Source: Callorhinchus milii
Taxonomy: Eukaryota
Assembly (NCBI RefSeq): GCF_018977255.1
Contig: NW_024704743.1
Coordinates: 48,982,001-49,046,000 of the forward strand
DNA: 64,000 nucleotides
Direction: 5' to 3'
Part shown: piece after piece, positions 50,175 through 62,210 of the stretch
Layout: each line of letters opens with the position of its first letter
Position numbering within the stretch: the first letter of the stretch is position 1
Position numbers and translations under genes: made by a program
Notes under the pieces: generated by a model
The model's input: the letters and a program-made list of their open reading frames with translations, nothing else
Told to the model about the DNA's origin: nothing
The model's database searches: none

Positions 50175-51469
50175 CCTTGTGCAAAGTCTTAATCAACCGA
50201 ACTACTTGCGTACATAAATCTGCCATGAATAAATTGTTGCATAATTGAGAGATTAAATAATTCATGAACATGACGTCAACTTTGCTCTGAAAATGTCAAA
50301 TATTTTTCTTTCTCTGTTTGCTTTGTAACCTATTTCGTCCATCTCTTTAGCTTTCCTCTTCTGTCATTGTTGTCCTCTGACCTCTACCCCCCTCCCCACC
50401 CCCCACTTCCCCCCCCCCGCATACACACCAGTACCTCAGCAAGAGCAGGTAAATACCTGTTCCCGTATGCTTTGAATCCACTCTCTCCTCAGGAGCTGTG
50501 ATGTAAGTTCACCTACCCTGCAGTCCTTTCTCCCTGGTGAAGCAGATTGCAATGCCTTTAGCAGATGGCCTGGGATGAGATTCAGAGCTCACCGTGTGGG
50601 GAATAATGCGCTTATCACTCCAAGATCCATCAGTCTGCCAATGCACTGTACCACAAATCTGTCTATAAAATTAAATCTATTTTTGACAAATAAAATATTA
50701 ATGCAGCATAACTCACTTCTGTTTGTTGATAATAATTCGAGCTTCTTATGGGGTTTTAAAATCCATTTAGCTCACTGCAGTTATTTAAATGACTGCTGCT
50801 GATGCAAAATTTAAATAAACCTACCATAAAGTGGAAAATTTGAACGTATCTGAATCTCATCTGTCCAATATTAGCCCATTCTAATACATAATTCATACTG
50901 ATACTAACAGAAACAGAAAGATACTGGCTTGTAAAATAATTTGTAAGTTAATTGTATTCCTTAGATTAAAAAGAAACATCAGCTTCTCATCTGTAAGAAT
51001 TCAATGGCAAATATAAATGTGATTTGTAACAAAGCACAGTTGCTTTAAAAACCCCATATAAAGTTAATACCGAATTATCGCTTTGTCTCCAATAAAAAAT
51101 GTTTATAAATAAACCTTTCGTGAATAATATTTCACACTTTCAGGTTGGAATGATCATTTATGGCTTTAAAACCATGGAGAAATATAACCAATAAAGGAGA
51201 GCTTACATTGCTTGTATTTTTTGCATGGTGAATGTCAGCAATAAGAATCAGCCTACATATTATTTATTAATAACTCCACAGCTGTAGTGCTAGTCTTTAT
51301 CACATATTCGTTGTGCTAATTCATAGAAATAACACAAAATAATTTACACCAATTTAATTGTTCATTAAAATTTACTTTCCTAAATAATTCAAATACTGTA
51401 AGGTTAATGCTTCTGCAACTTGAAGAAACAAAGCAGCACGTTATTAGGCTGTAAACTAAACATGTAAAT

Positions 51470-51700
51470 TCAACATTTACATTCATATAGTGTCTTCACT
51501 TTGGAAAGATGTCTTAAGAGTGCTTCTCGCACTAACTGGGAGCTTGAGCCAGAAGAAGTGAGTACAGGGGGAAAGATGACTGAAAGCACAGTTAAAAATG
51601 TAGGCCTTAAGGCAGAGAGGGACAGGAAAAGATGGAGAGAATCCTGGATCAAGTTCCAGAGAATGATGAGGTGGACTGAGCAGGGGACATTAAGCAACGG
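51470..51700 (-). mobile_element. Old L2 3' fragment
   Basis: caacatttacattcatatagtg tail; gggggaagatgactgaaagcacagttaaaaatgtaggccttaagg...gttccaga. Confidence 0.75.
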
Positions 51701-53520
51701 GGCAATGGTTGCAGGTCACAGATAGTTCAAAAATCACAACTAAATATAATTTGGTGTTGTTATGTTTGTAATATTTCTGCTGATTGTTTTTAATTACTTC
51801 AAGAACGTCTAAGGAATCCCAAACACTTAAGATTTATTTTGTTTTACTCTTTGAATCAGAGCATTACAGGCGTGTACGTGCCAAATGCCTAGGTATGAAG
51901 ATAATGATCTCATTGGACTCGGTGGAAAAAACTCATAAGGATAAAAAAAACAATCCACATTGATTCCCTTACAAATAAAGAAGCGCTGTAATATATTATG
52001 TTGATCACTTGGTGAGATTTAAATTGTTTCTTCAGCTCTGGTGGTTGCAAGCGATTTAATAGGGCATTAATTAATTAAAACAAGAATTCTTCCCAGCATT
52101 CTTTTGAATTCATGCTAGATTGTGCACAATTGTTAAAGAATACAGAATGGGTTTGCATCGAAGGCATGTGTGACTGTAGTTTCCATTCTATCACTCAAAA
52201 GGGAACTAGATGAATTTAAATATATATGTACAATACTGTGCAAGAAACAACAGCTCTGTGAAGCAATAACCCAGGGTGAGACGTCATTAATTAATCTCAG
52301 TCTCATTGACTTTTAATTCAACAACTACATAAACAAGTGGAACAATCTTTGCCTCATTCATCTAATGTACAATTTAAAAGATTATTTAAAAAACAAAATA
52401 AACCACGTCCCGCTTCACACTGACTCCCTAACTGATATTGTAAAGGAAGTGAACATAAATTGTTCAAATAAGATTTTTAATAGCATTGAGACATGCACAC
52501 TGATATACAAACTCTCAGCAGTACAAGCATTCTTTGTTCAGGTAATAAAACTGAGAAAAAGGAGACAAAAAGTTTAGCATCTTAATTTGCTTTCACTTAA
52601 ACAAACTGTTCCCCGTAGGTTATTATTTAACAGACTTTCACATTTTTCATGCATGCTCTTAAAATTATACCCCTCCTCTAATTTATTACAGAAACAGTGC
52701 TTTATATGTTGCAATTCTAGTTCCAGAATGATGTGCATCATGAAAGTGATTACATTCTCTCTTTGGTGCATTTCCCTGATCAATTACATCAGTCTTTGCT
52801 GCTGGTGCTTGTTTTTATACAGTGCTGAGTATTCATTCTAAGGGTTACAATAATTGCGCTGTTCCATTCTAAAGAAGCAATAGAATATTGCATTTGCAGC
52901 TCTGCCTTAAACAAAAAGATATCACTTTGTGCATAATGCATCTTGTTCCAGGGCTAACTCATTACCTGTAGTTTAGTGGTTAGTTCTCATGCAGGGAATG
53001 GGCATTGAACCCAAACATTCGAGTGAAAAGTGTGATATATCTCAGATGCAATGAATCTATTAAGAAAACTGCAATTTTTATCCTATTTCTATAAATCAGG
53101 CAACGCTGCAAAGCCATCTTTTTAAAGATACATTTGCTATTTTTGCGCTTTTTAGTAAGAGTCCATTAGTTTTCCTTTTTGCAGACAATACTTCAATGAA
53201 ATAAGATAATTTCTCTGACTGCTAGCAATGCTGCCACAGAAGTCCACATTCCAGTTCAGTCTGATTGTCTGACCGATTCCACTGTTTGTGATCAAAGAAA
53301 TCCACCTGTAAACAAACCTCCAGCATGAATAATACAGACACCTCCACCACCCGCATTCTAAAAGACATCATGGGCCTCGTTCGTTTACACATAAAGACTA
53401 CAAAATTTCTTTTTTTTAAAAAATACATAGTATTAAAATGTTAATATAGATTTGGTTTTAATTGTGTTGCTGTAAGCAGACTTCAGCTGTCAGAACAAAG
53501 AATTGCAGAGGAAATATGGA

Positions 53521-53660
53521 ATAAAAGCAGAGATGCTGAAATCCCACAACAAGTAGGTAGCTCATTATCTGAGAAAGAAAGAAGTTGAAAGGTTTGAGCC
53601 TCGATTATCTTTCAGATGCTTCTTGACCCTGCTGGGGATTCGCAGCAATTCTGTTTTTAA
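53521..53660. mobile_element. Inverted pair of Penelope pseudo-LTR ends
   Basis: taaaagcagagatgctgaaatcccacaacaagt...atctgagaaaga vs tctttcagatgc...cctgctggggattcgcagcaattctgttttta. Confidence 0.6.
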
Positions 53661-54149
53661 TCTAGCTGTAAGTACAAGTACAATGTAGTGACTGTCGACC
53701 TTTAAACCGTTAAAATATAAATATTTTGGTGAATCATTTCCCATAACTTTTATTAATTAACTCCAAGACTATTTATATGATGTGGAAAATAGTTGCTGCC
53801 TGTTCCATTAACAGTTGCGCTATTTATTTCAGACCTAGGTTATGTTGTTTCAGCTGATGTGTCCACTTTGTTCATAATGATGTGTAAAATATCGTTTCAC
53901 TTTCGCTGGTTAATAAACATTATTAGTTTTGGGATAATAATTCAAGCTAATGCTACCAGTTGGTGATTTATATATAGATCCAGTCTGCTAGTTAGGATCT
54001 TTTTATTTTTATTTCAATAATAAAGTATGTATTATCCAGCAGTGTTTCTCAGTTTAGGTCATGGTTCCTGTTTTTATTATTAAACATGTAATGCATCCAA
54101 TTATTTTTCAAATTTTCTCCCCACTGGCACATGATTTTGGTCTGACCTT

Positions 54150-54480
54150 CTCTTACTGGGCTGCAGTCTGTTCAAATGGCCATTGGAATTAAATGTGAAC
54201 AGGTCCACTCGACTGTATAAAGTGGTGTCACAGCCAAGGCTGACCTTTCCCAACCCGTCTGCCACACACACAAATTACCACTAGAGGGTACTGAAGAGGG
54301 ACCAGGAACAGGAACCCTGGCTGGTCTTCTCCTCCCTCACCTTGAGAAGACTAGAGCCAATTTAACCTCTCTATACAACTATAGTGAGAGTATCAAAATC
54401 AGCACAGATCAGGATTTCAGCCAGTGAGCTCCTGAGCTTTAAGCTGCAGTTCTATCACCTACACCATAGAGACTGCCTGA
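54150..54480 (-). mobile_element. Ancient tRNA-derived SINE (same family as 24233-25010)
   Basis: tcacagccaaggctgacc...caggaacaggaaccctggctg...gccaatt...tcagcacagatcaggatt. Confidence 0.6.
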
Positions 54481-54811
54481 GACGATGATTTCAAGCAGCA
54501 TTTTGTATGAGAGCCACTCCCAGTAAAGCCACACCAACAAGTGATGGTGCTGAGTTCTGAGCCTGCAGTTCCTGATTTCCATTATGAAACAGTAAGAAAT
54601 TGCTGACGAAGGCAAGACACTTTGCCACAGGAGAGTAAAGAACTAAACAAGTGATAACTCTATGAAAACTACAAGTCTGTGTTTTTTTGGAGGACTTTTA
54701 TTTGGTCCACCATCTAACAGCAATCCTACTCCTCTCACTGGAGAACAGGAAAAGGAGAGAAAACATCTCATCTCTGTCATCCCATCACATTTAGGAAGAT
54801 CATGAATGAAT

Positions 54812-55920
54812 ATAAGAACATAGGACTTTGCTTGGCGAAAGAAGACAAAGATCTATCTAGTTCGCCGTCCACCATCCTGCCAGTCGCTTGACATGTCGTG
54901 TCCTAAACTATACATTGAATCCCGAGATGTTATTTTCTAGCAGAAATCTATCTAATGTGTTCTTAAAATAATCAATACTTTCTGCTTCCACCGTCTCCAG
55001 AGGGAGCCTGTTCCATAAGTTTACTACACACTCATTGAAGTGGTGTTCCCACAGATTTGTTCTGAATTTACTCCCCTTCAATCGCAAGCTGCGTCCTCTG
55101 GTTCTACTGTTCAGTGCAAGATAAAATAGCTTATCATGGTCTTCATTATTTAGTCCCTCCAGAATCTTGTGGGACATTGCTGTGCGCAATTGGCTGCTGC
55201 GTTCGCCCACAAATATACAGTCAATTCACTTTACAGTATATCCTGTGAAGTGCTTTGGGACGTCTAGAAGACGTGAAAAGCGCTATATCAAATGCAAGGA
55301 TTATTATTATTAATATTATTATCTTAAAGACTGTAATCATATCACCCTTCAATCTTCTCTTCTCCAGTGTGAACATGCCCAATTTATCTGATCGCTCCTG
55401 GTAGTCCAGTCCCTCCATCCCCTCAAGCATTTTGGTTGCCCTCCTCTGTATCCTCAATCACTGCAATATCCTTTTTATATTGCGGTGACCAGAACTGCAC
55501 ACAGTATTCCAAGTGCGGTGGTACCAATGATTTATAAAGTGGCAGGGTGCCCCACTATTTCGGCTCAATATTGCTTTTTTAATACAGCTCAGCATCTAGT
55601 TTGCCTTGCTCACTGCTACCGAGCACTGTTGGACCACCAGGTCCTTTCCATTTTCCGTACAGATTTTTTTCATAAATAATAGTCCCTTCCTGGATTTTTT
55701 TTGTCCCCATGTGAAGCACCTTACTTTTCTCTACATTGAATTTTATCTGCCATCAATCTGCCCAATTCCCAAGTTTGTTCACTCCTCTTGTAACCTATCC
55801 TGTTCATCTTTGCAGTCTCCACCTTCATTAGCGTTGTGTTGTCCTGAAGTTTAGCCACTGTGCTTTGTGATTCCTAGCTCCAGATCATTTATGAAGATGT
55901 TGAATAATGGATGCCCAAAG
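54812..55920 (-). mobile_element. CR1 LINE 3' ~1 kb, split by a young SINE 3' half (55167-55320, +)
   Basis: [44 protein letters not shown] and RTRGRSLRL...VVNLWNRLP; ataagaacatagg terminus. Confidence 0.95.
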
Positions 55921-57942
55921 ATACAAGAAGCCGTAAATCTTCACATAGAATCTACAGCACTAAAACAGGACACCTAATCTATGCTGGTATTTATATAAAC
56001 AACATAAGACTCCACCCATTCTTATCCCTCTCCCATAGCCTCCCCCACTACCCCACTACAGCTGAAGGGTAAGTGGAACCTGGACCACATAATGGGCACC
56101 ACTGCTCCAAAGCCTTTATGCATCTTATTCCACAGAAACAAAAAGAAACTCTGGCTAACATGCCATGTTATCCAGTCTTAGTCTGATCCAACAGAAGTGT
56201 TCATTATAAGTTAGTTATAATTTATATGATCAGATAAGAGAATGTAGCATTTAATACTCAGATTAAAAGTAAGTTCCGTGAAACTGACCTCTAACTTATT
56301 AGTGAGCCATATCCTATAAAAGGAGCCAAAAGTCTGCAGACAACAATCCATAATGCATTTCATCAACAGAGTACAGGACAGATATGTGGAGTACAGGTAC
56401 AGGTGAAACCTTTATATCTGGGAATGTGAAAGGAAGGTCATGTTGCATGTTAAAATAAACCTTACCTTTGCCTAAAATCAATATGCCAGTTCTTACCAAG
56501 TTGAAATGAATAGCTGTTGAGGTGCATCACATGAAGGTCAGGTCAGGTTGAACTGCCTCTCTGATGAGGAGCAGTCCAAAAATTGGAGGGGAAGGAAATG
56601 ACCAGTATTATTAAACAGCCGTCTCCCTTCAGATCACTTGGGTTTGATGCACTTCCTGGCATTAACCTACTCTGTTGTGTCTTAATACTTATGCTGCCTG
56701 GGTTGATCCTTTTAAAAAAAGATGAACTTTTTAATCAGGGGCTTCAAAATCAGTTGTTGAGGGGGAAAAGTCGTGTGAATGGTTCCTCAATACTGGGAAA
56801 AGCATCTTGGGATGTACTTGAAGTGCATGGCCTGCAGGGAAACTGTACATCCTTGGTAACCTGCAATAACCATGCTCTGAGGCAAGGTTGATAAAGTGGG
56901 AGGAGGTCTGGAGAATCAACCTCTGTTTCCATGTTCTCCAGGGTTCATTAGTTACAATTTCCTTTACAAATATTACAAATGAAACCCTATCATCTGCTAG
57001 TTTCAATGCAGTCTCCTTGATCTGTTCCCTTCAACCACACTGCTACATAAAAAGTCACTGCTACATAAAAGGATATTGCAGCGATTGAGAGTTCAGAGTT
57101 GTTTTTTGTTAGCTTAATATCATGCAACACAAACATCAACTAAAGCTGTATTGCCAATCTGAAGGTCCTGCTGCCAATAAATACAACTAGAAGTCAGTTT
57201 AATAAAGTGATCCAGGAAATGGCAGATTTTTTAAAACAAAAAATACCAAAAAAGCACTGATGCAGCAGATGATTTAGGATGTTGTATAATCACTGCAGTC
57301 ATATTTTGTAATATTTAGATACTAACTTGTATAGTTGTGCATGGTACAGGTGTGCGTGTATGAAACAATTCCTGGGAGTAGCTTTGAATGTTTATAATGC
57401 TGATGTCCTTTCCACAACCGAGAGCTGATCTGCAACAAAATGATTTTATACCTTCTCTGCAGCAGCCACACAGATGGTCCTCATGGTAATGTTCGAGTAA
57501 GGTTGACTTTGTGGCCAAAACAATATCGAAGATACTCAGCAATTGCATCATTGTCATTAACTTTCCATCTGCCAGAGGCCAAAACTACCCTCTGTGGCTG
57601 GGAGGTTAGGTGATCAAGTATTATGACGTCCATTGCACAAGATAGTGGATCGCTTCATTGTTCATTATTCAATGTGTGATTAGTGGCATCTGTGGCATCA
57701 TGGGATTGACGGTACATTCTGTAGAGTTCCTCCCATTTAGTCCTGTTTGCATTAATTCCATTCACCATGGGCTGAAGCTTTCCGTTCAGTTTAGCCAATC
57801 CCTAGAATGATGAGGAGGGTACATAAAAAGGTAAGTGAATCAGAACTCCTCGTACCACAGAGCCCCACATGAGCAGTGTTTAGTTCACAAAGTTTATTTG
57901 GAACAATAACCTTTAAAATGCTAGACTAAGGCAATGCTTAGG

Positions 57943-58340
57943 CATCAGCTTGGTTGAATTGGTGGCACTCCTGCCCGTGGGACAGAGGTTGTGAGTTCAA
58001 ACCGCATTTTTAAACTTGAGCTCATATGTGAGGCTTGCACTGCATTGTGCTGTATTGTCTGTGATATCAGCTTTCAGATGAAACAGTAGCCCAAGGTTTT
58101 GTCTACCTGTTCAGGTGGTCATCAGAAATCCCATGAGATTATTCACAATGAGAAGAGAGTTTCTCCACAACCTCAGGCCAATATTATTATTATTATATTA
58201 TTATTATTATAATATTCCTCCAGTTAAGGTGACCATTGAAATCTTGCTGTGTGTAAAATGATACATAAACCATATTTTCCCACAAATACACAGTCACTAC
58301 ACTCAACAACAATTCCCTGCAAAAATATTCTTTACATGAA
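57943..58340 (+). mobile_element. Full-length old Deu-SINE, degenerate
   Basis: tcagcttggttgaattggtggcactc...ggttgtgagttcaaacc head; ctttcagatgaaac...cctgttcaggtgg...atcccatg. Confidence 0.8.
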
Positions 58341-58400
58341 AGGTCGATGCAAAGTGAAATTCACTGCTAGAAAATGCTGTTGAAGCAGAGAATTGGAATT

Positions 58401-58754
58401 AGACCACCAAATTCAACCTAGTCTTAGTCTGCTAGACTGTTTGATCTAAAATTTAAGATCATGTAGAATTTCCCAAATTGCTTAAGTCTTGATTTGGAAG
58501 CCAGTTCTTTTAAAAGAACTGCGGAAAACCAGCTTCTAAAGTTTACAGTTTCAGAATTCTCCACAAATCTGCACAATCTTAAATCTACCAAATGTGTCTA
58601 CAAAAGGCTCAGCTAGTACACTTTGCAGTGTATCTTGTGAGGCACTTTAAAACATCCTCTTCCTGCACAAAAGATGCTAAATCGAATGCAAGGATTGTTA
58701 TTTTAATACTATAAGATGGTCTCACAGGCTACGACTAGGGGAAATTTTGGGCCT
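58401..58754. mobile_element. Complete palindromic MITE with internal SINE tail (~58595-58705, +)
   Basis: Left agaccaccaaattcaacctagtcttagtctgctagac vs reverse complement of right end aggcccaaaatttcccctagtcgtagcctgtgagac; centre cagttcttttaaaagaactg. Confidence 0.7.
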
Positions 58755-59384
58755 CAGATGCTTAAACAAGAGAAATATTAAAGGGAATCGTGTGTACAAC
58801 AACTTACATTTATATAGCATCCCAGAGTGCTCTCCTGTATAAACAGATGAAATGAAGGTAGATTGGATGGCTCAAGTGGCTCAATGCAAACCCAATGGGC
58901 AAAAGTTTCTTTTTTGTGCTGTAAAATTCTACAATTCTCTTAAGTAATCCCAATACAAATCATGGAATATTAGACCCAATTGGGTCAGTAAATTTAATTA
59001 CTACAGCTATTTGATGAACAATTTAATTGAGGTGTAATGAGAAATAGAGTCATATAGGAGTTATTTTTTAGATTTTCTTTACTTTGGGTCTAGCCAGATG
59101 GACCATAATGATCTTTTCCAGTCCTGCACACGCCTATAATTCTTTAAAAAGCCAGATTCCCTTATTCCTGATACCGGCATGGCAGATTCTGCCCATCTAA
59201 CCAGAAAGGATAATAACTATCATAACACAAACTTTCTCAAACAATATAAACATCACTGAAATCTGATGTTTAATCTTCAAGAAATTTTCTTACACATAAA
59301 ATACTGTTTACAACAACATTTAAGTCCACTGCATGGTCCTTTGTTCCATGCACAATCCTGTATGAGAGATGAAGTTAGTCTACA

Positions 59385-59610
59385 ATCCAAATTCACATTT
59401 ATACAGAGCCTCTCACATCAGGAGGACATCCCAAGGTAGTTGACAGTGCTGGCTTGGCACCCAAGCTGGGAGTGTGAGGGAGTGGGAGGCTAGTGGGCTG
59501 GGGAAGGGAAAGATGACCGAAAGAGAAGGCAAAGATGTAGGCTTTGAGATGGACTTTGAAAGAGATGAGGAAGGACATGAGTCAGAGAGTGAGGGCAGAA
59601 AGCCTGAAAG
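59385..59610 (-). mobile_element. L2 3' fragment
   Basis: cacatttatacagagcctctcacatcaggaggacatcccaagg...gaagatgaccgaaag...ggctttgagatggactttgaa. Confidence 0.8.
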
Positions 59611-59994
59611 CAAACTGCTGATATAATATACATATTATATTAATATACATATTCAAAATAGGATCTTAACTCAATCTTTTTGGTGTCGTCTGATGTTAAT
59701 TTTTTAAAAATTATATTTGTCATTCTTTTTACCATTTAGAATTAAGGAAAGGGATGCTCACAATTTAGGGTCTGTTTTACAGTTCAAATAGTAATTTGCC
59801 TATACATTAATGGATAGCTCAGTGAATTACAAGGTAGTTCCACTAAAGACTGGGAAATAAGAGCTGAACTTTAAAATAAGTGACTACTTTATTTGACCTA
59901 TTACCGGTTCCAATTTAATAATGTATTTTCTACAGATATGTTCTCTTTGTATGGAGCATTCACATTATACCAGGATTATTATTATATTCCCACA

Positions 59995-60155
59995 GAAATC
60001 TACAGTAGAAGACCATTTAACCCATTGTATTAGTGTCAGAGATTCTTCCTCCAATGAAGTTATCTATTCTAATCCCAATTGTGTGCTATTTCCCCTTACT
60101 CTCTAATACTCTTCCTCCGCACATGTTTACCTAATTCTCTTTTAAAGGCCACCCA
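59995..60155 (-). mobile_element. CR1 3' terminus
   Basis: cacagaaatctacagtagaagaccatttaaccc...ctaatccca...tccccttactctctaata. Confidence 0.55.
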
Positions 60156-61246
60156 TCACCTTGAATATAACCCGTTGCACAGGAACATTTCTATGATTAT
60201 AAGACACATTTGTAGAGTATGTAATAAATGTGTAATAAATCTAAATAAACTCAAAGATTGTTGTCCACAAGTTCAAGCGGCAATTATTTGACAAGGAAAT
60301 CTACTGACCGGTATGAGAGTAACAAAGAGTAGTGTAGGATTCCTTTTCTTAAATTTAGGACTGGCCATATGGAGTATAATGGTCTTCTCTGCTCCTAAGC
60401 CTTCCTGTGCTCTTATTGTAAATATTTGACATTTGGAATGATCACTAAACAATGACTATTGGAAGCCTGTGGTCCAAGTATAAAATGTTGTTCAGAAAAT
60501 ACCGCAAACTATTAAACAAGTAGAGAATTTTAAAAGAAAATCCACTTTATAGTGTAAAGCTGCCTGGCTGAGTTTCAGCTGGTTATTAAAATCACAGATG
60601 TCCTTTCCACTTTATTTAGATCCTTTTTTATTAGGAGGCCATATGCAATTCGTTTTCATGACATTGGTTGCCAAAGAAACAACGGCAGAGTGAATGCTGA
60701 GCAGGTGTTGCCGCGATGCACAGAGGTGTTGTTTGGCATTACAGAGATGGGATTTCACAATACTGGCTATTATTTCCTTACGCTGCTTTCACCCAGAGAC
60801 ATCCTTGTAAGTGGATGAATGGCAGCTTTATCATGATACACAAGATTGTAATAGCTATGATGATCTGTTAAATCTTACTGCAATGGCCCTGAACAGCTCA
60901 TTCTGCAACCCGCTCAATGAATTTTCTGCAAATGTATTTGACAAGGTCATTTTCACATGTGCAATATGCTTGCAACTTGCTTTATTTTATTCACTATAAT
61001 ACTAACGTCATGTGAATTTTTCCCATTTTATGAAGAAAGAAGGTAAATACATTCAAACAAATGTTCTTGAAGCAATATACACGATGGAAAATACCCCAGA
61101 AACTTCAAAATAATAATACAGTGGAAGCCGGTTAAGCTTCAGGGACCGCTGTTTTGTCCAGCTTAAGTGGGGTCCAAAGTTAGCCAAAATACCATTCCCG
61201 CTCAGCAGAGGAGATCGCTGACGCCGTTTAACAATATGGAATATTG

Positions 61247-61557
61247 TGGAGTCCTGCTCAGTGGTTAGAGCACTCGTTTTGCAAGTGAGAGACCTGAGAT
61301 CAATTCCAGGCAGAGGGCGAAACCTTGGGCAAGTTTCCTTACTCCACACACCTAATAATAATCCCTCCAAAACCCAAAACAATAATAAATTGGTCATTTT
61401 CAATCTACGACTGTTTGTGGGACATTGCTGTGCGCAATTGGCTGCCGCGTTCGCCCACAAATATACAGTCAATTCACTTTACAGTGTGTTCTGTGAAGCG
61501 CTTTGGGACGTCCTCCCGACGTGAAAAGCCCTATATCAAATGCAAGGATTAGGATTA
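61247..61557 (+). mobile_element. Full-length young SINE subfamily B inside the Tigger-like element
   Basis: Near-identical to 26644-26961. Confidence 0.96.
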
Positions 61558-61690
61558 GGTTGCAGAGGTAGTGGGGAGCAAGTCCACGGAGAGCTTTGAA
61601 AGTGAGGACCAAGATCTTGAACTGTATCCTCTGTGTGATGGGAAGCCTGTGGAGTCGGGCAAGGATGGGGGTGATAGGGTCAGGGAAGGG
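61556..61690 (-). mobile_element. L2 RT fragment inside the Tigger-like element
   Basis: PITPILARLHRLPITQRIQFKILVLTFKALRGLAPHYL. Confidence 0.92.
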
Positions 61691-62127
61691 GACCAATTAG
61701 CAACATTGAGGTGATTGACAGCCTGGAGTCACTTGTGAATGTTTGGGCTCCAGCCATTCAAAAACGGCTCAGCTGTCAATCAGTCATGATATTCCCTCGA
61801 GTGTTCTTCTCCGTTCCTCCCCCCTGCGAACTGATTGACAGCCTAACTCCAGCCGCTTGTGATTGGCTGGAGTCCACTGTCTATCAATCTTATATTCTTC
61901 CCATCTCCATCCAGGAATCGCTCGTTGGTGAATGGACACACAGAAGGTGCAAGTGAGTACATTCAGCGACAACCGGCGCTGCATTTTACCTGGAGTAAAC
62001 GGATTTTTAGCCAAATCAACCACCATATTTAAAACAAGTAAGAATACAGATGATTCAGAACCGGGCAATTTGTTCGATTTACCTGACTTCCGAATTAACC
62101 GGGGTCTGGCAAAAGCGGATTCCACTG

Positions 62128-62210
62128 TATTTGCATTTAATACAGCACTTGTGATCAAGACATCTCAAGGCATTTAAGAGGATTTTACTGGGAAGTGTAG
62201 TGACTGTGCA
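62128..62210 (-). mobile_element. Old SINE tail, the insertion target of the Tigger-like element
   Basis: taataata at 61111-61118 continues as tttgcatttaatacagcac...gacatctcaagg after 62129. Confidence 0.75.

Larger units (their letters stand above)
61119..62127. mobile_element. Tc1/mariner (Tigger/pogo-like) non-autonomous DNA transposon with TA target duplication
   Basis: TA|CAGTGGAAGCCGGTTAAGC at the left end, GCAAAAGCGGATTCCACTG|TA at the right end; no transposase ORF. Confidence 0.85.

Noticed and set aside
53222..53310. Possible minus-strand exon after gtttgtttacag
   Set aside because: Peptides unrecognisable and no clear donor site.
56561..56585. CTGATGA core (also 10669, 27315, 48845)
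   Set aside because: No stem II followed by GAAA; not hammerheads.
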